A DNA stretch of 64,000 nucleotides from assembly GCA_010909165.1 (NCBI GenBank), contig VJWM01000220.1, positions 242,998 through 306,997 on the forward strand, written 5' to 3'. The DNA comes from Anthoceros angustus (Eukaryota; Plantae; Anthocerotophyta). Below, piece after piece: positions 46,301-60,100 of the stretch; positions within the stretch are counted from its first letter, which is position 1; each line of letters begins with the position of its first letter. The position numbers and the translations under genes were made by a program. The notes beneath the pieces are model-generated. The model was given only the letters and a program-made list of their open reading frames with translations, did not search any database and had not been told where the DNA came from.

Positions 46301-46630
46301 GCGAGAATGTGGAGAGAAGACTAGAGCACATTGCATCAAGAGAAATCAAGGAAAGAAGCAGATAGAGCAGCAAGAGTTCAAGACCGCAAAGTGGAAAAGA
46401 GAACAGTGAGCGTAAGAATGTGCCTCGAGATATTTGTAATCGCTATCTCGCGAAAATCCGTCAGATTGGTAAGTTTTCTTATGCCTTTTATTAATCGCCA
46501 TATTGAAAATCAATGGTTGTATTTTATTAGGTTGTCACCTTGCGTAGCCGACAATTTCGCCCAAGTCCTCGCCTTCATCAATTGGTTGCCAAGAATGATG
46601 CCGCAACCCAATCAAGCCAAGTGGTCGTGA
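43360..46630 (+). mobile_element. Degenerate multi-intron tyrosine recombinase gene, Crypton/DUF3504-like
   Basis: In order across frameshifts and short T-rich GT-AG introns: FPFFHQVRIKDK (44115-44150), ILSHEIIN..GAQK (44455-44495), QFGVRGGEELHN..IRDF (R codon 44615), RLSK/NYKVD (44780), AWYAKLRVSKGMLSRFMKTMAEA (45041-45108), YTNKSAVTMITR (45124), RHKR (45200), LRRRY (45288). Element ends not identified. Confidence 0.7.
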
Positions 46631-49600
46631 AAATTACGCTTTTAATCAGTATAATTGTACTCAATTTCCTAAATAAGGTGAGTATCATTTCCTAAGTATT
46701 TGCTATGATTATTTCGTGTTTTCAGTATCACCAATCACGCTTGTGCTGCTTTGTTTGTAGGTTTCATTGTTGTTGAAGTAGAGTTCAATCTAGCAAGAGT
46801 TCAATCTATTCCCGTATTTACTCTTCATTAGTTGACTTGTATTTCATGCCATTCGATACAGGAAACTCGCAAAGAAAAGGTTTCTTTGTTGGTTTTTGTA
46901 TATCCCGGATCCGCATGAATATTATTTAATGTAAAATGTTTTTGTCGATTAGCGATTTTGGTGGGATTTCTAGAATGAGCTTCTAGACCACCGGTATTCA
47001 CTTGGTCGTCATGTTTTCTACTCTAGTGCTCTATTTTCTACCTTGATGGTAGATGATTTTACCCCACTTATGGTTCGCTTGTTTTGTACCTGATGGTAGA
47101 TGATTTCACTATACTGTGAATGAATTTTACTCTGCAAAAACACGACCAAAAGGTCAATTTTCTCTAAAAATTCCACCTCAGACCACCTTAAAAAAAAACT
47201 ATGGGCGCTGGGCTGAGGCCCCGTGACGGTACGCCACTTTACTTGACAATTACGTGCTGGGTGGATGAAGATCTCGTCAGTGGAGGCTTGATAGGTCTGG
47301 TGAAAGCGAGTCATACAAACCTCGGCATGGGAGAAAACCAACATCCCGACCTAATGTTGGTGCTGCTTGGAAACAAGCTGGAATATTTGATAAGTGGGAA
47401 GCGTGCTGAGAGAGTCCAATGTCTAAAAGCCCTCTTTTCCTTCAAGAAAGACATCAAACAAAGTCAGCCAAGAGTTATCCGGACATGGGACCGTGCAGAA
47501 GAAGTCGATGACGCATTAATCGGGTGATAAGATGGTCGACGCTTGCTATCGTAAACCTGTATTTATTAGGGTATGTTGCGAACATGTTCTCCAAACGGAT
47601 TACGACCGGATTGTTGATCACCGTGTGCGTGATCGTGATCGCTTTTGGGTGGCCGGATTCAATCTGGAGGTGCGGAACGTCGCTAGGCCATTGACAAAGA
47701 CGCATCGATGCTCAATGTATATGTCACAACGAGTGGAACGCTGGAGCGCCGACGAGTTCAAGAAATAACAATGAGCAGTAAGTTTTCGCATGGGGCCCCG
47801 CAAGTTTTGTCGGCAAAGGAGATCCGTGCGTATCGGAGGCATTGATGTGGAAAATGCAAGTGTATAGCTTGCTTGGAAAGAAGGGTCGTAATCGAAGGAC
47901 TCACAGACCTGTGATATACGACCCAGCCGTTGAAGACCAACCGCATTGACAATATGGGATGAAATGCGACACTACCACCGCGGTGGCATAGGGCCGTAGG
48001 TCTCACGCTGCTTTGGCAAAGTTGAAGGTGATGACTGGTGACAATTTTGGGAAGAAAAGTGTGATTTGGAAAATGTAGAAACGGTGCCGGGCCTGGAGCT
48101 CAATTTGGTTAGCGCAGCGATGACCCTTTGGGTAGCGCTGTGACTTGTAGATGTAGGGCTCTGTCCGCTGACCGGTATAATTCCTGTTTTTGACCCTTCG
48201 GAAAATGCCTCGACTTTTGACTTGAATGCATATTACGTGTTTTGGACCCATAGCGGCCGTAATCGCCTTTCCCCGTAGTGTTCGGAAGGTGCGCGCCTGA
48301 CCGACCGCGATCGAAACCAAACAAAAGTGTACATACATGGAAAACCTCATTTTACTTACATTGTTCTAAGTGGAACCTCATGCCATTCAACACATCTCTT
48401 TAAAAACATTTGTTTGCATGATATGAGAAAGCGTGCAAACTCCTCCTCACCAAAGGCAAAGAGGCTTGAAGAATCACCGACATTGCGCGACTGCCTTTAC
48501 ATCTGCCCACCTGCCCAATGGGATCGCACCTGGTGGAACTGCCTCTTCATGGATGCACCATTCCTTGTCCGGGGCAAGAGGCTCCCTCGCTCATAGATCG
48601 CATAAAATTTTTTACCAAGACATTCTTTCCTCACCAGAGTGAAAGGATTCTCCAAAGTGGTCCCCCGGCACAATCCCGATATCATCGAACAATGTTAATG
48701 CGCTCGCCATCAAGGGCACTCGATGCTCCTTTTTGTTTGCCACACGAGCCGCCGACTGGTGATGGCCCTTGGAAGAAGCGGTCCGCTTATCCGATGCTCC
48801 TTGTGGAAGCGTAGTTCACTTTACGGCTACCGGTCTCGATGTTGCTTGTTATGACCACCACCCGCATTCTCCTCCCCGCCGTGACCTCCGCTTCCTAAGC
48901 TCAGGCCGACATCGACTTCCGCCTTTTGGCGCTTTGGAGGTTTGGGCCTGGTGGAGGTTCAACTGTTGGCGTGTTCTTGCACGACTCTGCCGATGGATGG
49001 ACATGTCCACAACCGAAGGTGCACACGTGAAGCATTAGAGAAAATCAGAGACAAATACAGACCATGCACGGAACAAAGGAAGGTTGAAGGTGATTTGATG
49101 TCATGGAACAAGCCACATTATGGGTCCACAAACCTGCTATTTCTGGTTCTCTCTATATAGTATACACCCGGACCTCCAACAGTTGAAAATTGTTCACCGC
49201 CGCCACAAAAGCCACCTAAATGCGAAACGCTGCCCAAAGCCGCCGCCTCAATCGCGGTTCCCTACCGCCAACACGCGTCCCCGCTGTCGCCCAAAACGAG
49301 ACCATGAAATGCCCGCTACAAACGCGGCTTCTTGCCGCATGTCAAAATTAACCAAGGATGCACGGAGAAGCAAGCCAAATGAAGCGGCCACCGAGGGTGC
49401 TCGCCGCACAAGCGCGATAAGCGCGCAAGCGGTTCCCGCCTGCACAAGCGCCAAAGGGTGGCTACCACAAGAGAGCGCGCACCGGGGGTTCCTACCAGAC
49501 ACGAAAGCGCTCCAAGGGTGGCTGCTATAAGAACGCTGCCAGCATGGGTGGAGTCGTGACACTCGCACCGAGGGTGCCTGCCTAAAACACACACCGAGAT

Positions 49601-52600
49601 TCAAGCACACACACCTGATACAGTTGGCTAGAATAACCCGAGATGCAGCGTACAGCACTATTGCACAACTCACGGATCGCCGCGCCTAACTGCACCGTGC
49701 GCCTCTCTTGTTGTCACGCCTTGCCGACCTAATCCGTAGTCCTCTTGCTCGCAACTGAATCCTCTGACATGAAAACGCTACATCTCGCAGACACTTCACC
49801 CCAACTGTATGTTTCTGTGGCACAATCATGCGCCTGGGTTAACCTCGCTTGCTAACCGCGGTTAACTAATCACAAGGTTAAGGTTGTAGGTTTTATAGCC
49901 CTTATTTCAGCCGTAGTCGAATTAACATTGGCGATTACTATAACGGGTTAAACTCACCATAATCATCTATGGATATTTTAAGGTTCAAATGATGGACAAT
50001 CAGAATACTAAGCTCTCCTTCCTCTCGAGTTGCCCGACATCTGCAAAGTTTGAAGAGCTAGCGAATGCACAACGCTTCCACCCTATTCTTGCGGCCGATG
50101 TCCCAAGGGCGATTGAAGGCCATAAGCGCGCCATGGATGTGGTCCTGGACAATGTATCACGATAGATGGTTTGGTGTAGCCTTGCCTTTATTCGCTGCCG
50201 CTGGAAGGTGGAGAAGGTGACAATCATGGACACCACTCCAAGGCAGAAGGTCTCAGAATCGATATCCCGATGGAGAAGGGATAGAATGTAGGCCAAGGAT
50301 TCGAGACCACGCCAATCCCCGGATTAGGAATCCAACATTGGTCAAGATGGAACGCCGATGGAAATTGTTTCTTCATCGATCCATGGAGGAGGTCGGGAAT
50401 GATGGGACCGAATTTTGTGAATGAGGATGCGTACGTAACACCACGGCACATCCGTGCCGAGCCATTCACGTAAACGCCGAGTCATTGCACTGAAGCGAGA
50501 CATTATCCAAGCCGAGATTGAAGAGGACCATGAAGATGTGCAAGATTGAAGAAATACATAACGCATGGTCTGGCATTGTCAGAAGCAGTTGTTTGCTGCA
50601 ATTGGGAAAAGAAGAATATAGAGAGCCTCGATATCGCCTTGGGATTGCCTCGAACAGGAAATATATTTGCAAGGATTGTCGAGTAGAACAAGCAACCTCA
50701 TCGATGTCGCAATGTTCTCAATTTTCTCCTGGGTGACAAGAGGTTGCAATGTTGTGTACTGAAGTTTCGTAAAAGTGTTCTGCATTGATGGAAGTATGAA
50801 CATTTGAAACAGAGTACTAACGAACACACCATGGTTACCCAATCAAGTTCCAAGGACGCCCAACTAAAGATCATGTTCGGAATGCATTGCTTGGATGGAA
50901 AAGTTTTTCAAGCTAACAACGTGATGCCCAATGTTTCAACTCATGATTCATATACCAAAGGAGAGATATTCCGGGACTACAAACGGAGGTTTCAAGAGTC
51001 GGTTTGACCAACGCCTCTCATTCTCACTTCGGCCTTTATGGAAGAAACATTTTCCAAAAGTGAAGATACCAAAGTGTAACTGGTTCTCAAAATGCGCCAA
51101 TGCGAACGCTGAAGACAAATGCATCGAGATGACCAAAGAATCCGAAGCAAGAACAAGGTATTTCATATCCGTAGTTTCCTTTTGACTTCCATGGAATCAT
51201 GAGACCCCTGCCCCTTAGACTCGTGCTTGTTCTCGCCCACAGAAACGATATGGACTTGAAACCCCTGATGTGCTGGAAGTGTTTTTTTATTTTTTGGTCG
51301 AGTGGTGTGAAAATAAGTCAGTTGACAGAGGTGCTGTATTTATAGAAGAATGTCCTTGGCCTATGGTTTTTTTCTTGTCTTGATTTTTAGGTTAGAAAAT
51401 AAATGGTCCGGGAACTCGGTGTTCCTTGGCCATGGACTTGGGATGTCCACCAAAAGTCTATATATGTGAGGTAGGGGGTTGGAATAATTAGAGTGCGATA
51501 GGTCTATAAGTTTGGGGTCCAAGGATGGGCCAGAATGAGTGCGGGGTTGTGGATTGGGATGCGAAGGCGGTCGAGAGGTCGAGAGTAGGGGAACCCGGGA
51601 AACTTAACCCTAGGAAATAATGTGGGTCCGTCAGTAGCTGGAGCGCAAACGCGGCCGGAGTGAGCAAGCCGAGCGCAACGACGGGCCGGAGCGCGACGGT
51701 CAAGAGCGATCGGGCGACGTGCGATCCGGCAGGAGGACGCGAGGCGCACTCCAAGGAAGGAGCCCCGAGCCCCCATGCGATATCGCGAATCGCGACGCTG
51801 GAGGAGGAAGGCGCTACGGGCCGGCCCTCCGAGGAGGTAGAACCCCGAGACCACCTGTGAAATTCGCAGGTGTCGTTGATTTGAGGCACGAGGCCAGGGA
51901 GACTGTGAGAGGGATGGCGCCCAAGGTCACAACGGAAATTGTGCTTACCCAATGGCCAAACATGGATCATTGGAAAGTTCGAGCTGAGAATCGTGAAGGA
52001 GTCAAGCTTGGTTTCATGGAAGAACGGTGGAATTACATGAACTCGGGACTGGTGCAGGAGTGTGCGCGCCACTTGAAGGACAAACAGCTGGAAGGGATTT
52101 AGAGCTTGTCCAGATTGGGATCTGGAGTCGTTAGAGGGTGGCGGGCGCAGAAGGAGGAGGCAGTGTTTGGTGATGGAGCCGCCTGGAGCACAAAAGAAGC
52201 CGCACTCGCCCGTTAAAGCGATGGCTCATGAACCCAACGCTGGTTGATTTAGAGATTTGGCAACCGCCAGCTTGATGGGTCCGCCGTGGTCCTATGTTTC
52301 CCGCAACACAAGAAGTGTGATTATTTGTCCGACCACTTGCCGCCGCTCTTCATGAAGTGGCTGGGCGAAAATCGATTGGGGCGAATTTTCTCGACAAGTT
52401 GTGTGAAGAGAGGCTTGAACCTCGATTTTCTTCTACCCCGCCTCTAATTTCCACCATTTCCGTCCATCTTTATGTGCACGCCAACCGCCCGCCAGAGGTG
52501 GAAATTGTGGCCTCCACATGTGGAAGCCATGGGGTATTTCCCTAACACGGTAACATCGGCCTTGACTTACAACATTAACTACGGGACCCGGGAAAAAGCG

Positions 52601-52869
52601 AGATTTGGTTCACTCATCCCGAGTTCAATCCTTCGTCATCACTTGGTCCTTCTCCTCCATTGTCATCATTATCTTCAACGGCACTTTGACTCGCGGGTTG
52701 TATTAAGCAACTCATGAGCTTATCCCTTATCGCTTTTTGTCCACGCATCAGATGTTTAGGGAGGTACCCTCTACACTCGACCAAATCTTTCGATTTGAGC
52801 ATTTGCTTCTAAGCCTTCATTCCAAGGTTGCTTCTAAGGTTAGCCTCGAATTTTCGATGGAATGTGCGT

Positions 52870-53720
52870 CACGGTGTGTGGAAGGGAGGGCCACAATGGG
52901 CGCGGCGGAGGGCGGCGGCGGCGCCTCGTTCGCTCCACCCGTCGGGCATAAGGCGGTGGTGCGAGGGAGGGTGCGGCCGGCGCCCTCACGCCCCACCGTA
53001 TGCTCTACGGTGGGCGTGGAGGGGCGCCCGGCGGCGCGCCCTCCACCACCCGTCGGGGTTTGGTGGTGCGGAGGGATGGCGCCGGCCGGCCGGCGCCGCC
53101 CTGCACCACCGTATGCCCGGGGTGGGCGCGGAGCGCGCCGGCCGGCGGCTCCCGCACCACCATCGTAGACCCACCCGGCGGGTGGCGGCGTGGAGGGAGG
53201 CGCCCGGCCGGCGGCGCCCGCACCGTTTGCCCACCCTGGGTGGTTCGCGCGTGGGCGCGGCGCCGCGCCTCCTCCTCACCATCGGTGGGCCCTCTGGCGG
53301 CGTGGGCGCCGGCGGCGGCGCCTCCTGCACCACCCGTCTGCGGCGGGTGGAGCTAGGGGCGCCCGGCCCGGTCTCCAACATGCCACCGCTCATGGGCGCC
53401 CGGCCGGCCCGGCCCTCCACACCACCCCATGGGCGCCCGGCCGGCCCGCCCCAACCGCCTGCCACGCCCATGGCGCGGCCGGCAGCGCCCTCCCTAACAC
53501 ACCGCCCATGGGCGCCCGGCCGCGGCGTCCTCCCCTAACACCACCCATGTCGCCCGTTCGTGCGCCCTCCCTAACACCTGCCCATGGGCGCGGCCCGGCG
53601 CCCCCCACGCCTGCCCCCTCCTTGGGCGCCGGCCGTGGCCCCCCCAACACGCCATGCCTTGGCCATAGGCGCCGGTGGCAGCGCCCTCCCTAACACCCTG
53701 CCCTACCATGGGCCGCCCAG
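52870..53720. repeat. Very GC-rich low-complexity block ending in ~40-45 bp degenerate tandem units
   Basis: Recurrent CCATGGGCGCCCGGCC and CCCT(C)CCTAACAC in 53390-53720. Confidence 0.75.
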
Positions 53721-55143
53721 CGCCCTCCTCCTCATCTTTGAGAAAATAAATAGTGGCTCCATTGGTTTAACTTGGGATTGTTGGTCTAGTGTTTGGGAAA
53801 AAGGTTTAGTAATGAATAGGTTTGGGTTCAAAACCCATCTTTTAATAACTCAACTTTGTTGATTTTAAGGATGCTTGCATGGGCGCATGGGCAACTAACT
53901 TTGTTCATTTTAAGGGCATTGCCTTAAAGCCCAAGTGGTTGCATTGAGTGCGGAAGGTTGAAGACTACGTTGGCGACCTTTTGGATGAGGTGACAAACCC
54001 TAGATGTTGTGTGGCGATCCACACCGTCGGATGGTGGGCCGGGGAATGATACTATTGAAGGCAGGCAAGCAATGGAGGAAGCGATAACTTTGGAGGACGA
54101 TATGGACCGCATCCGAATATGGCGGTGGTTCTTGACTCGATGTCGATGCAAGGCATGGATGAGTCGCCAGCCGCACTCTTCAATGACTATTGTCGATGCC
54201 GATGACCACTCCCTCCTTTAGCGGATGTTTGTTGCAATGTTCTTGATGATTAAAATGAGACTCCCTCTAATGCAGGATTGTTTTCATTGTGTTCCACCAC
54301 TTCAAAGTAAAAGTTTTCGGTTGTACTAAACATATGAAAATGGCAGCCCTCTAAACATTCTACAAAAATGCGCAGCCCGCACCCTCATGCTCCATTTCTA
54401 GGGTGTTCACTTGAAAGTGCGGCATTTATCAGTATGACCTCGGAAAGGGTGTGTGCATTATCAAAGTAGGGCTAATATCTTTGTTTTAGGTAAAGGTGTT
54501 CTTAATGACAAGGGTCTTTGTGTCGACGAAGGGGTTAGTATATTCCCCCTTCAAAATTATCGTGTTGTGTGCAGTTTAAGAGCGATTACGCACTTATTGC
54601 TTGAAATCAAGTTTCTTTGGTTAGTCGACAAGCATTTTAACATTATTTTGATGCGGATCGATGAACAATTGGTTTGTGAAGCACCGGGTGACGTATCGTG
54701 GACGTAAGTAATTTGCCTTACTCAACCCGTTCTTTGTTTTGCAGCGATCGTCTTATTCGGTCGGTTGTGTTGGCTGTCCACTATGATAAGTGTTACATTG
54801 GCTTTTTGGTCGGGATGAACTGGGTCCTGGAAGCATGCTTGTGCTGATTTTCAAATCCAGAAGGTACTTAATTGTTATTAGGTATTATCGTTTCTTACTT
54901 TGCTTTTACTTTTACTAATATTTATTTTGTCAACCCCTTGACAAGCAACTACGGGGCACCACATGCGCCACTCGACAAATTACTTCCACCATGGGGATCC
55001 GAGATATAGCGCTTGATTTGAACCACCAACTCTTTGGAGATGTAAAAAGTTGAAAGCGAAAATGATAGAATCGATGAATTAAGGCGGGGCAAGATTACGC
55101 AGAGAGAGCAATGACATATAAGCCGGGTGTGCGGCACCCGGTC

Positions 55144-56722
55144 TGTAGTTCCACGGACCTCGGCTCCCGCCTCGATGCGGTCGAGTTAGACCCGGCGTCT
55201 CGGCCCCGGTTCGGCGCTCCCTTGCCGAGAGGGCGGCAGCGTCGGTAGCGCGGCCTGACGGTCTCGGCCTCGGCCTCCGGCCATTCTCGGCCAGGCCCCT
55301 CCGTCCGTTCCTCTAATATCTTAGTGAGACACGGGCGGGTTCGGATTCCCTTCTTCTTCTTTCAGTGTCGCGGTGCCCGTGTCTCAAAGTCTTCGACGGA
55401 GGTCACCTCCTCCTCAAAAGCCTCGATTCGAAGACCCCAGGCTGGACATGTTGCGAGCCATGGGCCGGCCTGTCTCGCCTCACGCCGGACCACGAGGCCG
55501 GGCACTCCTCTCCTCTTCCAGGAGGCGCTCGGCTCGGCACAGCCAGGGAACCTCGTCCTCCTCCATCTCCGGTTGCATGGTCAGGGCATCGTGTCAGTCA
55601 CACGGCCGTAGCGATGTGGTAGCGGTGCGTCACGCCTCGCTCGCCGGCCCGATCACCAGTAGCGACCGATCACTACACCTCGTTCTTCAGCACCCCTTCA
55701 GCGTAGCGAGGTAGAGCAGGAAATTCCCACCAAAGAAAGAGGAAGACCGGGGTGAAAGACGGCCTCTAAAAAAGTGGGCGGACGCTGCCACTGGCCCAGA
55801 AACGGCGCCTCTAAAAATGAAAGCCAAACGGGCGTGGAGGAGTGGCGTAAGAGGAGGCGCGATCCGAGGACAATTTTGGTCGACTGGATGCGTATGATGA
55901 ATCAACTCGAGGGTTTAGGGTCGACCTGTGGCGGACCCCCCAAAGATGGGAAGAGATTTTCAAGGGACTCCACCGCAACAGAGGTGGATGCAACCGACTG
56001 GTGAGGTGCGCACTGCTGGGGAGGAAAGTTCGCAGTAGGGATGGCTCGCGGCCGCCAACAAGTGGATTTGCAGAGCCGACCACGCCGATGATCCGCCCAA
56101 GCATTTGTTGATTGTTTAGCTCCACCCGGCTCAAGTGTAAGGGCGAAAGAGGAAGTGGTGAAGGCCAGTTTGGATTGTAAGGAGGCCAAGCCAGAAGCAA
56201 TCGAGGAAGACAAGCGGAACCTAGAGGAAATAAGGGCCAAGATTCAAGAAGATTTGCAGGCCTGTGGAGAAGTTGCAAGCCATGACGAGCCAGCAGGAAG
56301 CACTCATGGCTCAAATTAAGGATGCCCACGAGACTAACCAGGAGATGCAGGGGAGTTGCGAGCCCAGGGAGGGAGGCGGCCTTAGTGGAAAAGGCCCATG
56401 TCAAGTGAGCGCAGAGCAACGGGAGCTTGATGAGGTACGGGCCGAGCTTGAAAAGACAAAGGAAGGGGAAGGCAGCGGTGACCACGCATCGGGTAGCGGA
56501 AGGAACTCACCGAACGGAAGTGAAGCAAAGCAACCGAGGTAGCCGAAACCTCACCTACCAAGGTTGTCGAATCTGGACGACGGCCGGGAGTCCATCATCG
56601 ATAGTTGAAGCCGCCATTCAAGCATCCAACCCCAAGGTGCATGTGGGCTGAGCGACAGACGCGACGTGACGCCCGAAGGACATGACCAGCAACTGTGTAG
56701 CCTACGGGAGGAGGGGGTGTAA
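55144..56722 (+). mobile_element. Probable 3' internal fragment of another LTR retrotransposon (coiled-coil coding remnant, PPT-like end)
   Basis: Abrupt GC-rich block; + strand Glu/Lys-rich remnant (EEDKRNLEEIRAKIQEDLQA); ends GGGAGGAGGGGG followed by TGTAA. No LTR pair found. Confidence 0.4.
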
Positions 56723-56831
56723 GCACCTCAATTAAAAGCAGGGGTCCTATTATATTGCGGCACATGGATGAGGAAACTTATGTTCCTGGTCTATATGTGA
56801 ATGGAGAACGCGTGCTTAACTTCACTGTCCA

Positions 56832-57115
56832 CCCTACTAGAAAAGGGCACCCTATGTTACACTTTATGTTAAGATTTGGACCCCTGGATGTAACACTCAT
56901 GTTGCAATTTTGGGGGGTCATGTAACACTTTTGGGCCCCTTGTTACACTTTGGCTTGGAAACCATACCACGGCCGTTGTTGCAATCATGTTGCAATGGTG
57001 TTGCAATTATGTTAAGATGAAGTGAGAGGTGGTTTTGCCCTCTCTCAAAATTGCAACATGATTGCAACATCTAAAGTGTTACAAGAGAGGTCTTGTAACA
57101 CTTTTGGAGGCTTGG
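56832..57115 (+). mobile_element. CACTA-like transposon left end with subterminal repeats
   Basis: CCCTACTAGAAAA (one mismatch to CACTACTAGAAAA) followed by many direct and inverted TGTTACAC/TGTAACAC and GTTGCAAT/ATTGCAAC motifs; matching right TIR not found in window. Confidence 0.55.
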
Positions 57116-60100
57116 TACCGAACCTCCTCCCCATCCACCATTGCCCTTTACTTTTGCCCTTTGAAATACCACGTTTTACTTGGTAGTTACCACCGATACG
57201 CCCTTCAATACGACCACATATAAATACTGTATCAATACATCCTTACTATACGCATGTAGTCTACGGTGATAAATGTAATGTATTATTCTAAGTGCTATAT
57301 GGCGTATTCAATTTCATATAAAATAAGTTTGTATATTATACATACGTGACATAATGCATACATATTCATGGTACGATACTTTGTATTTACTATTTGTAAA
57401 TAGCGGCCCTTTATACCCCTACTTTATAGCATCATGCGGTTTGTCCTTCCCGTCAACAATAGCCATCGGCTTCCGCCATGGCGCCCAAGAAGATATTGTC
57501 CCCACCTATCACCTTATTGTGACGCATCACCGTGAGGTTATGCCCCTACAAGATTGTCAGGCGGAGGAGATTTGGTATGCGCTGGCTTATGCTTTTCTCG
57601 CCTCCATGTAAGGCACTTCCTACCCATCGTATGCCCCTAGAAACTTCCGCCTCTCGATTCGCAATTTTCTTCCCCCTCACGCTTGACAAGCTTTGCCACT
57701 TCCTCCGCTTCCTCCTCGCCTGCAGTACACTTGCACATACAAACCAGCATGGCGTCATGAGTTATCCGTTAATGGGTTTCCACAACAGCTGTCCATTTGC
57801 CTTACCTTCCCTCCCCTCCTCTTTCTTCCGCTGGACATTTTCCTCTTCCGTCCTCCTTCTTCCTGTCAGCCCGTGCCCTTGTCACTTGCCCACCGCCTCC
57901 TCTACTCCTCCTCCTTTTCCTCTTCGGCCTCCACCCTTTATCACGGTGGCATTGCCTCAACTGGGCTCCACTATGTGTGTCCATGCTCAGATCCGAGGCT
58001 GCAAGGTATGTGTCTGCACGAAATTAGGCACATCGTCCTCTTCAAGACTCGCCTCCTCGGCCCATGTTCTCTGCAGTCCCCCACGCTCCCCGGCCCCTCG
58101 CATTGGCCTTTGCCGATATCAAGCGCACTGCATGTTGCCCTCTTAGTCCTCCTTCATTCTCTCCCCTCGACATCGCCTCATGTGTTCGCGCCTTTTGCCG
58201 CCCACCATGGCCGCTGGGTGATCCACTCTGCCCGTCCTCCGCCGCCTCCTCCTAGTCCCCGCGATTTTTGTCCATAGTGCACACAAGTGTTTTTCCCGTG
58301 ACGTTCAGCCTCCGTGCTCCACCACCCGACCCCCGCCTCCACACACCTTGTTCCCGCCTCCATCCGGCCACTCCATCTCGATCCCAACGGCCTCCACCCT
58401 CCCATACATGGCCACTGCGGTCTGGGCACCCTCCACCTCTTTTCCATTATTTGCTTGCTGCCCACCGACATGCCTCGTGCCTCCATTGACCCCAATCCTG
58501 TGCATGCTTCCACCAACCTAGGCAATCGTGGTGTCGCGGCACCACAATATCCCACACTGCCACTGCTTCCCCTCCGCCTCCCTCCGCATGCTTCCTCAAG
58601 ACCGCCTCGTCTCCACTTCCCGCTCCTTGTTCATCGCCACCTTTCCCCATTCAAAGTCCTGTTGTCCCTCGCCTCCGGCCTCCTTCCTCCCAAGCCCCTT
58701 CCCATCCGCATTCCTTGATAGCCTCTCGTCGTCCATGTCACCACCTGCACCATCGTTGCCTCCCACCCCTTCCTTCCGTCCCTCGTAAAGGCCACCATAT
58801 CGGATCCATCTTCAATTCAATGTCGCAAAATGGTCATTTCCTTGTTCTCCTTGCAATAGCTGAACCTCTAGGATCTTTTCATACACTCCCTATCTTACTG
58901 AAGGAACTGGCACGTAACCCCACTATCGCCTTTCACGATTTCCACCCTTTCCTTCTAGCAATGCCACCACCGCCCCTCGAAAGGTTGCCTCCCCTTGTCT
59001 CCAAGCTTGAATGCCTGCCAGCATGCCAGGTGCACATGTGTTACCCGTTTGTCCACCATGCCCACTCATCTGGCCTGCAAACTTCAGAACGTGTGCACAC
59101 TTTGCCAGCGTCACTTGCCGTTAACGCGAGTCTGCGAAAACCCACCTCATCCAATAGAAATAGCTCTTCATCTATTTCCTTCACTTCCTGCACGCAGTGC
59201 TCCAACTCCGCATCCGTCAGGGCTGGGAGGTTCCACGTCTCAAAGTCGTCAAAATCAAGTTTGGGCTCGGCAGCCATGTGCCCCGCCTTACCTCTCGTGA
59301 CTGCCTTGACGAGGAGGCCGCTTCACATCAACGAATGGAGACCGCTGGGTGCGGTGGATGAGCGAGATAGCCCGAGGCCCCCTCATCCTCCCCACCAGAT
59401 CGTCGGCCGGGCCCGTCCGACTATGGTGTTCGCCTTCGTACGTGACTCTAGCAAGCTTCACCTCGCCATACTCCCCATCCTGCGAACGGTTGTCCACCAC
59501 CTGCCATCAAGGCAATGGCTTCCTCTCGGTGAAAGGTGCCAGCCATGAGTCCCTAGCCGAATTCAAGGCTGCTATTTTGAAAAAGCTTTGTTTGCACCGG
59601 GTTGTCATTTACTCCTCTTGGCGACGACAGTACATGCTACTTGCCCATAATCAACAATTTTCGACCACAACCTTGCAGACTTGGGAGCAAGTTTCATGTC
59701 CCATTGGTTATGTCACGTTACTCATGATGTATTATATTGCCCACATGGCGCACCGCTCTCAATGCCCATTAATCGCATTTTACCATTAATCATCGCCTTC
59801 CACCGACCAAAGATTGCCTTGTGCATCCGTGAGGGAGGAGACAATAGACTATAGCATGCAAACCAATCACCATACATGATTTATTCCACTTTCAGACGCT
59901 GCGTGACTCGGGTGACGCGGCACAAAGTGACTTACCATTCCGCCAAGGTATGGACAGGCAGTTTTATTGCGTGACAAAGATGGGAAGTACAAGTAGTGAT
60001 CAAGGATGAAGGACTTTCCCATCCCAATGTTTAATTACGAAGCATATGTCCCCACATTGTGAGGTATAAACCTCCGCTCACACGACGAGCCGTGCCCGAG

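Noticed and set aside
52828-53693. Overlapping 100-236 aa Pro/Arg/Gly-rich ORFs in several frames
   Set aside because: Artifact of extreme GC content; no domain signal.
55811-56485. 224 aa hydrophobic minus-strand ORF
   Set aside because: Antisense of a purine-rich coiled-coil coding remnant on the + strand.
57532-59548. Long Pro/Ser/Leu-rich plus-strand ORFs (204, 194, 277 aa)
   Set aside because: Pyrimidine-rich low-complexity strand; no recognisable domain; probably antisense to decayed TE coding sequence.
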